Shown here piece by piece: positions 27,539-36,803 of a stretch of 55,672 bases of DNA. Both the position numbers and the translations under genes were made by a program. Position 1 is the stretch's first letter. Each line of letters starts with the position of its first letter. Where the stretch lies: positions 1 to 55,672 of the forward strand of contig CADBOU010000101.1 in assembly GCA_902796355.1 (NCBI GenBank), written 5' to 3'. The notes beneath the pieces were generated by a model that ran no database searches, was not told where the DNA came from, and was given only the letters and a program-made list of their open reading frames with translations. The DNA comes from an uncultured Lachnospiraceae bacterium (GTDB taxonomy: Bacteria; Bacillota; Clostridia; Lachnospirales; Lachnospiraceae).

Positions 27539-28777
27539 ATGAAAAATGTGATTTCAGCTGTCTGCGTCGAATGCGGCGCAGAGTATGAAGCAACTCCGGG
27601 AACGACAGTATGTAAAAAATGCGGCGGTATTCTTGATATCAAATATGATTATCAATATATCAAGAATCACATTTCAAAAGAAGAAATGGCCGACAGGCGT
27701 GAGAATTCCATGTGGCGTTACAAGGAATTCCTCCCCGTGGAAGGGATTGGCAAACGGCCGAAACTTCGTGTCGGCTGGTCACCGTTCTACCATGCTGTCC
27801 ATTTGGAAGAGCTTCTGGGCGTGAAAGAGCTCTATGTCAAAGATGACGGGATTAATCCAACATCCAGTTTGAAAGACCGTGCATCGGCGATGGCTGTTGT
27901 CAAGGCGGAGGAGGCAGGCGTTGACACAATCTGCTGCTCATCCACCGGTAACGCGGCTTCATCGCTCGCCGGTAATGCTGCAGCTGCCGGATTTAAGACG
28001 TACATCTTTGTCCCCTCACGTGCGCCAAAGGGAAAAGTGTCACAGCTTTTAAACTTCGGTGCGACTGTCATGAGCGTGGAAGGCTCTTATGAAGAGACTT
28101 TCAATATGTCTGCCATCGCGATCGACAGATACGGGTGGTATAACCGCAATGCAGCAATCAATCCCTATCTGATGGAAGGGAAAAAGACAGTGGCTCTGGA
28201 AATTGCTGAGCAGCTTGGATGGAAGATGACAGACTATGTGGCACTTTCAGTCGGTGATGGCTGTACGATTGCCGGTGTCTGGAAAGGCTTTAAGGATCTC
28301 TATGCTGCCGGCTTTATTGACAGATTGCCGCGGCTCATTTCTGTTCAGGCAGAAGGGTGCTGCCCGCTCAACAAGGCGATCGCCGAGGATAAACCCTGGG
28401 AGCCCATGGAGGAAAACACAATCGCTGACAGCATCGCTGTCGGCGTTCCCCGCAATGCAACCAAAGCACTCAACGCAATCCGGGAGTCAAACGGCGTGGT
28501 CGTGAATGTCTCTGACCAGGAGATTCTTGATGCGATGAAACTGCTTGGCCGTACCTGCGGTGTGTTTGGGGAACCGGCCGGTGTCGCCGGGACAGCCGGA
28601 CTTAAAAAAGCTGTGGAGCAGGGACTTGTGCCTAAGGACGCCTCGTTCGTTTCCATTGTCACTGGAAACGGCTTGAAGGATGTCGTGAATGCAATCAAAG
28701 CGGCCGGAGAGCCGATCAGTCTTAAACCGGATAAAGATTTGCTGCTACAGACATTCAGAAAACTTGGTGTGGAGTAG
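27539..28777 (+). CDS. Threonine-synthase-family PLP enzyme with N-terminal zinc ribbon (divergent active-site motifs)
   Basis: 412 aa. CVECG...CKKCGG ribbon, PLP-lysine motif NPTSSLKDRAS, SSTGNAASS loop and TGNGLKD near the C-terminus. The overall pattern resembles archaeal-type short ThrC. Confidence 0.7.
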   Translation: MKNVISAVCVECGAEYEATPGTTVCKKCGGILDIKYDYQYIKNHISKEEMADRRENSMWRYKEFLPVEGIGKRPKLRVGWSPFYHAVHLEELLGVKELYVKDDGINPTSSLKDRASAMAVVKAEEAGVDTICCSSTGNAASSLAGNAAAAGFKTYIFVPSRAPKGKVSQLLNFGATVMSVEGSYEETFNMSAIAIDRYGWYNRNAAINPYLMEGKKTVALEIAEQLGWKMTDYVALSVGDGCTIAGVWKGFKDLYAAGFIDRLPRLISVQAEGCCPLNKAIAEDKPWEPMEENTIADSIAVGVPRNATKALNAIRESNGVVVNVSDQEILDAMKLLGRTCGVFGEPAGVAGTAGLKKAVEQGLVPKDASFVSIVTGNGLKDVVNAIKAAGEPISLKPDKDLLLQTFRKLGVE

Positions 28778-28808
28778 TTATGTTTAAAAACACAAAGGAG
28801 GAACCACA

Positions 28809-29900
28809 ATGTTAGAAGGAAGAATTTATAACTTTTCAGCCGGTCCGTCTATTTTGCCGGAACCTGTTTTACTGAGAGTTCAGAAAGAACTGCTGAACTG
28901 TGAAGGCTCTGGCATGTCTGTGATGGAGATGAGCCACAGATCAAAAGTCTTTGACAAGATCATTAATGACTGTCAGGCTAATCTGCGCAAGCTGTTAGGT
29001 ATTCCGGACAACTATAAAGTCCTCTTTCTTCAGGGCGGCGCCAGCGGCATTTTTGCTGCACTCCCGATGAACCTCGCTGCAAAGAGCAAGAAAGCTGATT
29101 ATCTTGTCAGCGGCAACTTCTCTAATCAGGCTCTCAAAGAAGCTAAAAAGTATCTGGGAGACGGCGCACAGTGTGCCGGATCTACTGAAGATATCAACTA
29201 CACCCGCGTTCCGACGCAGGATGAATTAAAGCTTGATCCGGATGCAGCTTATGTACATATGTGTTACAACAACACTATTTTTGGTACAAAATGGCATTAT
29301 GATCCCGAGACAGGAAATGTCCCGCTGATTGCCGATATGTCATCCTGTATCCTTTCTGAACCGATCGATGTCAGCCGTTATGGTGCAATTTACGGCGGCG
29401 TTCAGAAGAATATGGCACCGGCTGGATTTGCCTTTGTGGCAATCCGCGAAGATCTGATCGGTGATGAGATGGACATTACACCGAAGATCTGGAGCTTTGA
29501 GAAGCAGGCTGATAAGAATTCAATGATTAACACACCTCCGTGCTGGTCTATCTATGTATGTAACTGCGTTCTCGAGTATCTGCTGGAGATCGGCGGCCTG
29601 GAGGAGATGAAGAAACGCAACGAAAAGAAAGCGGCTCTTCTCTATGACTATCTTGATTCTCAGGACTTCTACAAGCCCGCTGCAGAAAAGATCGACCGCT
29701 CTATGATGAACGTCACGTTCAGAACCGGCGATGATGAGCTCGACAAAGCCTTTGTTGCAGGATCAGCTGACAAAGGATTCTCAAACCTGAAGGGACATCG
29801 TCTGGTTGGCGGTATGCGTGCATCAATCTACAATGCGATGCCGTATGAAGGTGTAGAGGCACTTGTCGATTATATGAAAGAATTTGCAAAAGCGCACTAA
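28809..29900 (+). CDS. serC: Phosphoserine aminotransferase
   Basis: 363 aa. FSAGPS N-terminus and PLP-lysine motif GGVQKNMAPAG. Strong SD AAAGGAGG. Confidence 0.9.
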   Translation: MLEGRIYNFSAGPSILPEPVLLRVQKELLNCEGSGMSVMEMSHRSKVFDKIINDCQANLRKLLGIPDNYKVLFLQGGASGIFAALPMNLAAKSKKADYLVSGNFSNQALKEAKKYLGDGAQCAGSTEDINYTRVPTQDELKLDPDAAYVHMCYNNTIFGTKWHYDPETGNVPLIADMSSCILSEPIDVSRYGAIYGGVQKNMAPAGFAFVAIREDLIGDEMDITPKIWSFEKQADKNSMINTPPCWSIYVCNCVLEYLLEIGGLEEMKKRNEKKAALLYDYLDSQDFYKPAAEKIDRSMMNVTFRTGDDELDKAFVAGSADKGFSNLKGHRLVGGMRASIYNAMPYEGVEALVDYMKEFAKAH

Positions 29901-29918
29901 TACAGGAGGAACGTAAGA

Positions 29919-30830
29919 ATGGTAAAAGTACTTGCCACTGACGGCATGGCAAAAAGCGCCGTTGATGAATTAAAGAACAAAGGTTACGAAGTCATTGAGC
30001 AGCATTATGAGCCCGACGAACTTTGCGAAGCAGTCAAAGATGTCGATGTCATTGTTGTCCGCTCAGCGACTAAAGTGCGTGAGCCGATTATTGATGCTGC
30101 AGCTGAGGCTGGCAGATTAAAGATGATTATCCGCGGCGGTGTCGGTGTTGACAATATCGATGTTGCCTATGCACAGGACAAAGGAATTGAAGTGCGCAAT
30201 ACACCTGCTGCATCCAGTGCTTCTGTTGCCGAGCTGACACTTGGACACATGTTTGCTCTGGCCCGCTTCATCGGCATCTCCAACTATACGATGCGTGAAG
30301 GAAAGTGGGAGAAGAAAGCGTATAAAGGTACTGAGCTCGGCGGTAAGACACTCGGACTGATTGGCATGGGCCGCATTGCCCGTGAGCTTGCAAAGCGCGC
30401 AGAAGCGATCGGCATGAAGATTATGTACACCGATATCTTTGAGATTAAAGGCCTTCCGGATTCTTATGTAAAATCCACAAAAGAAGAGATTCTCAAGGAA
30501 GCTGATTATGTGTCACTCCATATTCCGATGCCGGCTGATAAGAAACCTGTTATCACAGCTGAAGACCTTGCCACAATGAAGCCGTCAGCATTTATCCTCA
30601 ATCTTGCCCGTGGCGGCCTCATTGACGAAGATGCACTGTGTGATGCGCTTGACGAGGGCAAGCTTGCCGGAGCAGCGTTGGATGTCTATGCAACTGAGCC
30701 GGCATCCAATGAGCGGATTCTCTCCAACCCGAAGATTTCCATGACACCGCATATCGGCGGGTCTACAAAAGAAGCACAGGATCGTATCGGAGAAGAGATC
30801 TGCAAGCATATCTACGATAAGTTCGAGTAA
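29919..30830 (+). CDS. serA: D-3-phosphoglycerate dehydrogenase, short form without ACT domain (D-2-hydroxyacid dehydrogenase family)
   Basis: 303 aa. NAD-binding GLIGMGRIARELA, and the catalytic Arg/Glu/His context (LARGG ... TPHIGGST). Adjacent to serC. Confidence 0.8.
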   Translation: MVKVLATDGMAKSAVDELKNKGYEVIEQHYEPDELCEAVKDVDVIVVRSATKVREPIIDAAAEAGRLKMIIRGGVGVDNIDVAYAQDKGIEVRNTPAASSASVAELTLGHMFALARFIGISNYTMREGKWEKKAYKGTELGGKTLGLIGMGRIARELAKRAEAIGMKIMYTDIFEIKGLPDSYVKSTKEEILKEADYVSLHIPMPADKKPVITAEDLATMKPSAFILNLARGGLIDEDALCDALDEGKLAGAALDVYATEPASNERILSNPKISMTPHIGGSTKEAQDRIGEEICKHIYDKFE

Positions 30831-30843
30831 TTCATGAGTTTAA

Positions 30844-30883
30844 AACAAGATGGCTTGCGTGCTTGCACGGCAAGCCACTTGTT
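30844..30883 (+). promoter_or_regulatory. Stable stem-loop after serA (processing / attenuation site candidate)
   Basis: AACAAGaTGGCTTGC-loop-GCAAGCCACTTGTT: about 14 bp with a 1-nt bulge. No T-run follows, so it is not a classical terminator. Confidence 0.4.
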
Positions 30884-30945
30884 CTTAAGAAACAGAACAG
30901 ATATATTTTCAAATTTAATAACGCAGATGCAAAGGAGGGTGCACC

Positions 30946-32268
30946 ATGAAATACGATTGGAAAGATTTTGGACTGCATATTCCGCAGATCATGCTCCCGA
31001 AAGAGGGGACAGATTACAGTAAATGGGCTGTTGTGGCTTGTGATCAATTCACATCCCAGCCTGATTACTGGGAACAAACGGAAGCAATCGTAGGGGATGC
31101 AGCCTCCACTTTGCGTTTAATGCTGCCTGAATTCTATTTAGGAAGTGATACAGAAGAGCAGCGGATCGCTGATGTGCGTAAAGCGATGGATACCTATATG
31201 AGTGACGGAACGCTGCGGACACTTGAGTCCGGATGTATTCTGGTACGCCGCGAGGCAGAGGGCAGAAGCAGACTGGGGTTGGTGATCTGTGTTGATCTCG
31301 AATCATATGATTACAACAAAGGCTCTCAGTCATTGATCAGAGCGACAGAGGGAACTGTCATCGAACGGATTCCGCCGCGCCTGCGTATCCGCCGCGGTGC
31401 GCCGCTTGAGATGCCTCATATCATAATTTTAATCGACGATCCGAAACATACAGTCATCGAGCCACTTGAGAAGCTGGATCTGGAATGTGTCTACGACACC
31501 GATTTAATGCAAGAGGGCGGCCATGTGACAGGTCATTTTATTCCGGAGACACAACTGGAGGAAATGAAACAGGCTCTATCTGATCTGATGGATGAGGCGA
31601 TATCAAGATACGGAGAAGGGCATGTCATTTTCCAGGCTATGGGTGACGGCAATCATTCTCTTGCCACAGCAAAAGCTGCCTGGGAAGAGATCAAGAAAGA
31701 CTTAACCCCGGAACAGATTGAGCAGCATCCTGCACGGTTTGCGCTTTGTGAAATCGAGAATGTGTATGATCCGGGGATTGTCTTCGAACCGATTCATCGC
31801 GTTGTTTTTGCCGCAGAAGATCTGGCCGGTAAGGATTTAATGGATCAGTTGGTTGAATTGCTTGCTGAACAAAACGGCGGTGCAGCTTTCATTCCGGCAG
31901 AAGCAGATCAGGATGATGCACATGCTGCCGGTGACGGTTTTGTCATTGATGCTATGTATGAAGGAACAGAGGGGAAATTGGTCATAGACGGACCATGCAC
32001 CTCAAAACTAGCTGTTGGAACTTTGCAGAATGCTATCGATGTTCTGGTGAAAGATCATGGGGCTTCGGTAGATTATATTCATGGAGAAGCTGCGGTACGC
32101 GAGCTGGCTTCAAAAGGAGGCAATCTTGGATTCCTTCTTCCGGCCATGGATAAATTCCAGCTCTTTCCTGCTGTCGCTGCAGATGGGGCGCTTCCGCGCA
32201 AGACATTCTCTATGGGTGAAGCTAATGAAAAACGATACTATATTGAATCACGCAGTTTAATGGTTTGA
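30946..32268 (+). CDS. DUF1015-like protein of unknown function
   Basis: 440 aa behind AAAGGAGGG. WAVVACDQFTSQPDYWE and GLVICVDLESYDY...IRATEGTVIERIPPRLRIRRG match my recollection of the DUF1015 core (HE-T...DR region). This family is typically found next to serA/serC. Confidence 0.6.
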   Translation: MKYDWKDFGLHIPQIMLPKEGTDYSKWAVVACDQFTSQPDYWEQTEAIVGDAASTLRLMLPEFYLGSDTEEQRIADVRKAMDTYMSDGTLRTLESGCILVRREAEGRSRLGLVICVDLESYDYNKGSQSLIRATEGTVIERIPPRLRIRRGAPLEMPHIIILIDDPKHTVIEPLEKLDLECVYDTDLMQEGGHVTGHFIPETQLEEMKQALSDLMDEAISRYGEGHVIFQAMGDGNHSLATAKAAWEEIKKDLTPEQIEQHPARFALCEIENVYDPGIVFEPIHRVVFAAEDLAGKDLMDQLVELLAEQNGGAAFIPAEADQDDAHAAGDGFVIDAMYEGTEGKLVIDGPCTSKLAVGTLQNAIDVLVKDHGASVDYIHGEAAVRELASKGGNLGFLLPAMDKFQLFPAVAADGALPRKTFSMGEANEKRYYIESRSLMV

Positions 32269-32304
32269 TGAGATAAGTCGCTAGAGAGAGGAGGATGATA
32301 ACCG

Positions 32305-33636
32305 ATGTTGTTAGTTGGTAACGGCAAAATGATCACACGCGATGATGCACATATGTTTTATGCCGACGGAGCGGTGGTGATCGACGGTAAAAAGATCAAA
32401 GAGGTAGGGGAGACAGAAGCACTCAGAAAAGCCTATCCGGATGCGGAGTTTATCGATGCCAAAGGCGGCGTCATCATGCCTGCATTCATTAATATGCATG
32501 AACATATCTACAGTGCACTCGCACGCGGGCTGTCAATCAACGGCTATAATCCGAAGGGGTTTCTTGATATCCTTGACGGTCAGTGGTGGACTATTGATCG
32601 CCATCTGAATAATGCCAGAACCAAGGCATGTGCTTATGAAACACTGATCTCCTGTATCAAGAGCGGTGTGACAACCGTATTTGACCATCATGCCAGCTAT
32701 GGAGAGATCCGTGATTCTCTTTTTGCGATCGAGGATGTTGTGAAAGATCTCGGTATGCGTGCTTGTCTGTGTTATGAAGTATCTGATCGCGACGGCAAAG
32801 AGAAATGCATGGATGGCATCTTGGAAAACGAGGCATTCATTAAACATGCCCAGGAAGATGATTCGGACATGATTGCCGGTATGTTCGGTATGCATGCTCA
32901 GTTTACGATATCAGATGAAACCATGGAAGAGTGCCTGAAGCATACTCCTGATGGCGCCGGATATCATATTCACGTAGCTGAGGGTATTGAAGATCTGCAT
33001 GCCTGCTTAAAGGATCATTCAAAACGGATTGTCGACCGTTTGTATGACTGGGGAATTCTCGGGCAGAAATCTCTGCTGGGACATTGCATCTATATCAACC
33101 CTCATGAGATGGATCTGATCAAAGAAACAGACACTATGGTGGTCCATAATCCGGAGTCCAATATGGGCAATGCCTGCGGATGTCCGCCCACCATGGAGCT
33201 TGTTCACCGCGGGATTCTGACCGGACTTGGCACTGATGGATACACCCACGATATGATTGAATCATGGAAGGTTGCCAATGTTCTTCATAAGCATCATCTG
33301 TGTGATCCAAATGCTGCATGGGGAGAGGTTCCGGAGATGCTGTTCAAGAATAACGCCGCTATGGCAGGACGTTATTTCGATGCGCAGCTCGGTGTCCTCA
33401 AAGAAGGGGCGGCTGCAGATGTCATCATTATGGACTACAATCCGCCGACAGAGATGAATGAGAATAACGTCAATGGACATATTTTGTTCGGCATGATGGG
33501 ACATGACTGCGTCACCACGATCTGTAACGGGCAGATCCTGATGAAAGACCGCAGAATCAAGGTTGTTGATGAAGAGAAGATTTATGCGGATATCCGTGAG
33601 AAGGCCGCTGATCTGTGGACAAGCATTAACGGTTGA
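32305..33636 (+). CDS. ssnA: SsnA-like amidohydrolase (putative aminohydrolase of the chlorohydrolase/guanine-deaminase superfamily)
   Basis: 443 aa. Metal motif NMHEHIYS, then WWTIDR, KSGVTTVFDHHAS, YHIHVAE, VHNPESNM and GLGTDG. The pattern and length match E. coli SsnA as I recall it. Confidence 0.75.
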   Translation: MLLVGNGKMITRDDAHMFYADGAVVIDGKKIKEVGETEALRKAYPDAEFIDAKGGVIMPAFINMHEHIYSALARGLSINGYNPKGFLDILDGQWWTIDRHLNNARTKACAYETLISCIKSGVTTVFDHHASYGEIRDSLFAIEDVVKDLGMRACLCYEVSDRDGKEKCMDGILENEAFIKHAQEDDSDMIAGMFGMHAQFTISDETMEECLKHTPDGAGYHIHVAEGIEDLHACLKDHSKRIVDRLYDWGILGQKSLLGHCIYINPHEMDLIKETDTMVVHNPESNMGNACGCPPTMELVHRGILTGLGTDGYTHDMIESWKVANVLHKHHLCDPNAAWGEVPEMLFKNNAAMAGRYFDAQLGVLKEGAAADVIIMDYNPPTEMNENNVNGHILFGMMGHDCVTTICNGQILMKDRRIKVVDEEKIYADIREKAADLWTSING

Positions 33637-33651
33637 TTAAAGGAGGCTGAC

Positions 33652-36639
33652 ATGAGTGATCTTATGACTTGTATGCCGTTTGGGCATATTATGAATTGGA
33701 TTCAAAGAGAGAAGAAAGAGAGCGGCACCATTTTTGGTGTTCATAAATTCTACAAGGCCGAAGGCGACGCACCGCTGACAATCTTTGAGCGTCCGCTTGA
33801 GACAGAGATCGGACCGGCAGCCGGCCCGAACTCGCAGCTTGCCCAGAATATCATTGCTTCATATGCAGCCGGAGCCAGGTTTTTTGAGTTGAAAACCGTA
33901 CAGCAGATGGATGGCCGCGAGCTGGCAGCCTGTGTTAACAAGCCGTGCATCAAAGCGGAAGATGAATGCTATAACTGCGAATGGTCTACAGAGCTGACGC
34001 TTCCGGAGGCTCAGGAGGAGTATATCAAAGCGTGGTTTGCACTCCATGTTCTGGCGAAAGAATACGGTATGGGATTGGCAGACGGTTTCCAGTTTAACAT
34101 CAGTGTCGGATATACACTTGACGGTATTAAAACAGAAAAGGTGACCACCTTTGTCAACAACATGATGCAGGCTAAGGATACGGATATCTTTAAGGAATGC
34201 AAAGCATATCTCCTTGATCATATCGATGAGTTTGAGCATCTGACCAAAGAAGATGTTGAAGCGATCCCCTCTGATATCTGTAATTCAGCAACGATCTCAA
34301 CCCTGCATGGATGTCCTCCCAATGAGATTGAGAGCATTGCCAATTATCTGATTCTGGAGAAGCATCTGCATACGTTTATCAAATGCAATCCAACTCTTCT
34401 CGGATATGATTTTGCGAGAGAGACACTGGATAAACTCGGCTTTGATCAGCTGGTATTCGGTGCTTTCCACTTTAATGATGATCTGCAGTACAATGACGCA
34501 GTTCCGATGCTGCAGCGCCTGATGAAGCTTGCTGACGAGCAGGGACTGCAGTTCGGTGTCAAGCTGACCAACACATTCCCGGTGGATGTCCGCAGAAACG
34601 AACTGCCTGCCGAAGAGATGTACATGGCTGGTAAATCCCTCTATCCGCTGACAATCAATCTGGCGGCTAAGCTATCCAATGATTTTGACGGCAAACTGCG
34701 TATCGCATTCTCAGGCGGTGCTGAGTACTTTAATATCGACAAAATTGTCGGATGCGGCATCTGGCCTGTCACAATGGCGACCACACTCCTTAAGCCGGGC
34801 GGCTATAACCGTTTTGAGCAGATGGTTGAGAAGCTGAACACTCTTCCCAGAAAAGAGTGGGACGGCATTGATCTTGATGCGCTCAATACGCTGGCAAAAG
34901 AGGCGCTTTCTGATCCGCATCACACCAAGGCTGTTAAACCGGCACCGTCACGCAAAATTGATGATCCTGTACCGCTCACCAATTGCTTTATGGCCCCGTG
35001 TGAGGCAGAGTGCCCGATCCATCAGGATATTGCAACTTACATGAAACTGGCCGGAGAAAACCGCTATGACGATGCGTTGCGTGTCATTCTGGAGCGCAAT
35101 GCACTTCCGTTTATCACCGGTACAATCTGCGCACATCCCTGCCAGGGCGCCTGTACACGTAATTTCTACGAGACACCTGTACAGATTCGCGATACGAAGC
35201 TTAAATGCGCTGAGGCGGCATTTGAGAAGGTTCTGGATGAAGTAAAAGTGCGCGGCGAATGCGGCTTAAGTGCAGCTGTTGTCGGCGGCGGTCCTGCTGG
35301 TATGGCGGCAGCTTATTATCTTGCACGGGCAGGTGTGAAAGTCACATTGTTTGAGAAGGAAGATAAGCTTGGCGGTATTGTCAGCAAGGTCATTCCTGAT
35401 TTCAGAATTGATCAGTGTGCTATCGACAAGGATGCTGAGCTCTTACAGAAACTCGGCGTCGATATTCAACTTGGAACAGAGGCACCGGCTGTTGCTGAAT
35501 TGAAAGAGAAGTTTGATGCGGTTGTTCTCGCAGTCGGCGCATCCAAGAGAAGCACTCTTGTGCTGGATGACAAGAAGGCTGTTAACGCACTTGACTTCCT
35601 TGAGGAGTTTAACGCCAAGAAGGGAGAAGTCGATCTTGGTAAGCATGTCGTCGTGATTGGAGGCGGCAACACAGCGATGGATACGGCACGTGCAGCCAAA
35701 CGCTGCAGCGGAGTAGAGGAAGTCGATCTGGTATACCGCCGCTCAAAACGCTATATGCCTGCAGATGAACATGAGCTTCTCCTTGCGGTAGAAGACGGGG
35801 TCGTCTTTAAAGAGCAGCTTGCGCCGTTTAAGATGGAAGATGGCGCTATCATTTGTCATGTCACGAAACTTGGTGAACCGGATGCATCAGGCCGCGCCGG
35901 CGTCATTGAGACTGACGAGGAAGTGTGTCTCAAAGCCGATACGGTTATTGCAGCCATTGGCGAGAAGGTCCCGGGAGATTATTATGATGCTGCCGGCCTT
36001 AAGACTGATGAAAAAGGCCGTCCGGTTGTCGATGCGGCAACGACAAAAGCAGCTGACGGAATCTATGTCATCGGTGACGGACTGTATGGACCAAAGCTTG
36101 TCGTCACTGCAATGCAGCAGGCGATGGCAGCGGCTGCGGACATCATCAGTTCAGATGTAGCCGGTGATGTGGCAGAAAAAGCAGATGAACATAAGACAAT
36201 TCGCAAGAAGGGCATCCTCTGCGAGCCGGATCCGGCTGTCAACGAAGGGGATCGATGCCTGTCATGCTCGACAATCTGCGAAAACTGTGTTGATGTCTGC
36301 CCGAATAGAGCCAATAAGTGCATTAAGGTTCCGGGACTTCCCATGGCTCAGATCCTTCACGTGGATTACATGTGCAATGAATGCGGTAACTGTGAGACTT
36401 TCTGCCCATACAGCAGTGCTCCGTACAAAGACAAATGGACGCTGTACAAGAATGAAGAAGAGTTCGCAGACAGCGAAAACAACGGCTTCCTTGTACTTGA
36501 TGCCGCAGCCCATAAGATCAAAGTCCGTAAGGGCGAGTGCATTTGCGAGGGAGAGACTGGCGACTGTGAATGCCTTACAAAAGAAGATAAGATGCTGATC
36601 GAAGCAGTGATCGATGATTACAGTTATCTGATCCTGTAA
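33652..36639 (+). CDS. ygfK: YgfK-like multidomain Fe-S flavoprotein oxidoreductase
   Basis: 995 aa. N-terminal DPD/DHOD-like TIM-barrel region. GltD-like Cys clusters (CFMAPCEAECP, CAHPCQGAC). Two dinucleotide folds (VVGGGPAGMAAAYYLARAG, VVIGGGNTAMD). C-terminal 2x[4Fe-4S] ferredoxin motifs (CLSCSTICENCVDVCP, CNECGNCETFCP). Confidence 0.8.
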   Translation: MSDLMTCMPFGHIMNWIQREKKESGTIFGVHKFYKAEGDAPLTIFERPLETEIGPAAGPNSQLAQNIIASYAAGARFFELKTVQQMDGRELAACVNKPCIKAEDECYNCEWSTELTLPEAQEEYIKAWFALHVLAKEYGMGLADGFQFNISVGYTLDGIKTEKVTTFVNNMMQAKDTDIFKECKAYLLDHIDEFEHLTKEDVEAIPSDICNSATISTLHGCPPNEIESIANYLILEKHLHTFIKCNPTLLGYDFARETLDKLGFDQLVFGAFHFNDDLQYNDAVPMLQRLMKLADEQGLQFGVKLTNTFPVDVRRNELPAEEMYMAGKSLYPLTINLAAKLSNDFDGKLRIAFSGGAEYFNIDKIVGCGIWPVTMATTLLKPGGYNRFEQMVEKLNTLPRKEWDGIDLDALNTLAKEALSDPHHTKAVKPAPSRKIDDPVPLTNCFMAPCEAECPIHQDIATYMKLAGENRYDDALRVILERNALPFITGTICAHPCQGACTRNFYETPVQIRDTKLKCAEAAFEKVLDEVKVRGECGLSAAVVGGGPAGMAAAYYLARAGVKVTLFEKEDKLGGIVSKVIPDFRIDQCAIDKDAELLQKLGVDIQLGTEAPAVAELKEKFDAVVLAVGASKRSTLVLDDKKAVNALDFLEEFNAKKGEVDLGKHVVVIGGGNTAMDTARAAKRCSGVEEVDLVYRRSKRYMPADEHELLLAVEDGVVFKEQLAPFKMEDGAIICHVTKLGEPDASGRAGVIETDEEVCLKADTVIAAIGEKVPGDYYDAAGLKTDEKGRPVVDAATTKAADGIYVIGDGLYGPKLVVTAMQQAMAAAADIISSDVAGDVAEKADEHKTIRKKGILCEPDPAVNEGDRCLSCSTICENCVDVCPNRANKCIKVPGLPMAQILHVDYMCNECGNCETFCPYSSAPYKDKWTLYKNEEEFADSENNGFLVLDAAAHKIKVRKGECICEGETGDCECLTKEDKMLIEAVIDDYSYLIL

Positions 36640-36661
36640 ATTCACAGGTTTTATCGTTGTT

Positions 36662-36693
36662 GAAGCCGCAGCTACCTTAGCTGCGGCTTTTTC
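36662..36693 (+). terminator. rho-independent terminator after ygfK
   Basis: GAAGCCGCAGCT-acctt-AGCTGCGGCTT followed by TTTT. Confidence 0.7.
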
Positions 36694-36729
36694 ATTTATT
36701 TAAAAAACACCTCTTTACGGGAACACTTT

Positions 36730-36756
36730 AGTATGCTACTATGGTATAGCATTACT
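36730..36756 (+). promoter_or_regulatory. Imperfect inverted repeat (operator candidate) overlapping a weak promoter upstream of the amino-acid ABC operon
   Basis: AGTATGCTA-n8-TAGCATTACT, which needs a one-nt bulge. Candidate -35 TTTACG (36714-36719) and -10 TACTAT (36737-36742), 17-nt spacing. Confidence 0.25.
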
Positions 36757-36803
36757 ACGGTACTGTATTACTAAGCTAATATACTTATAAAGGAGATTAC
36801 ATT

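Noticed and set aside
36164-36598. 144-aa same-strand alternative-frame ORF within ygfK
   Set aside because: It overlaps the ferredoxin-motif region of ygfK, which is clearly read in the main frame. It has an Arg/Ser/Thr-rich shadow composition and no SD.
22024-36639. Selenocysteine recoding (in-frame TGA plus SECIS) in the Mo-hydroxylase, ssnA or ygfK genes
   Set aside because: All of these ORFs are uninterrupted and full-length relative to their families. In selenium-dependent Mo hydroxylases the selenium is a labile cofactor ligand rather than Sec, so no sequence signal is expected.
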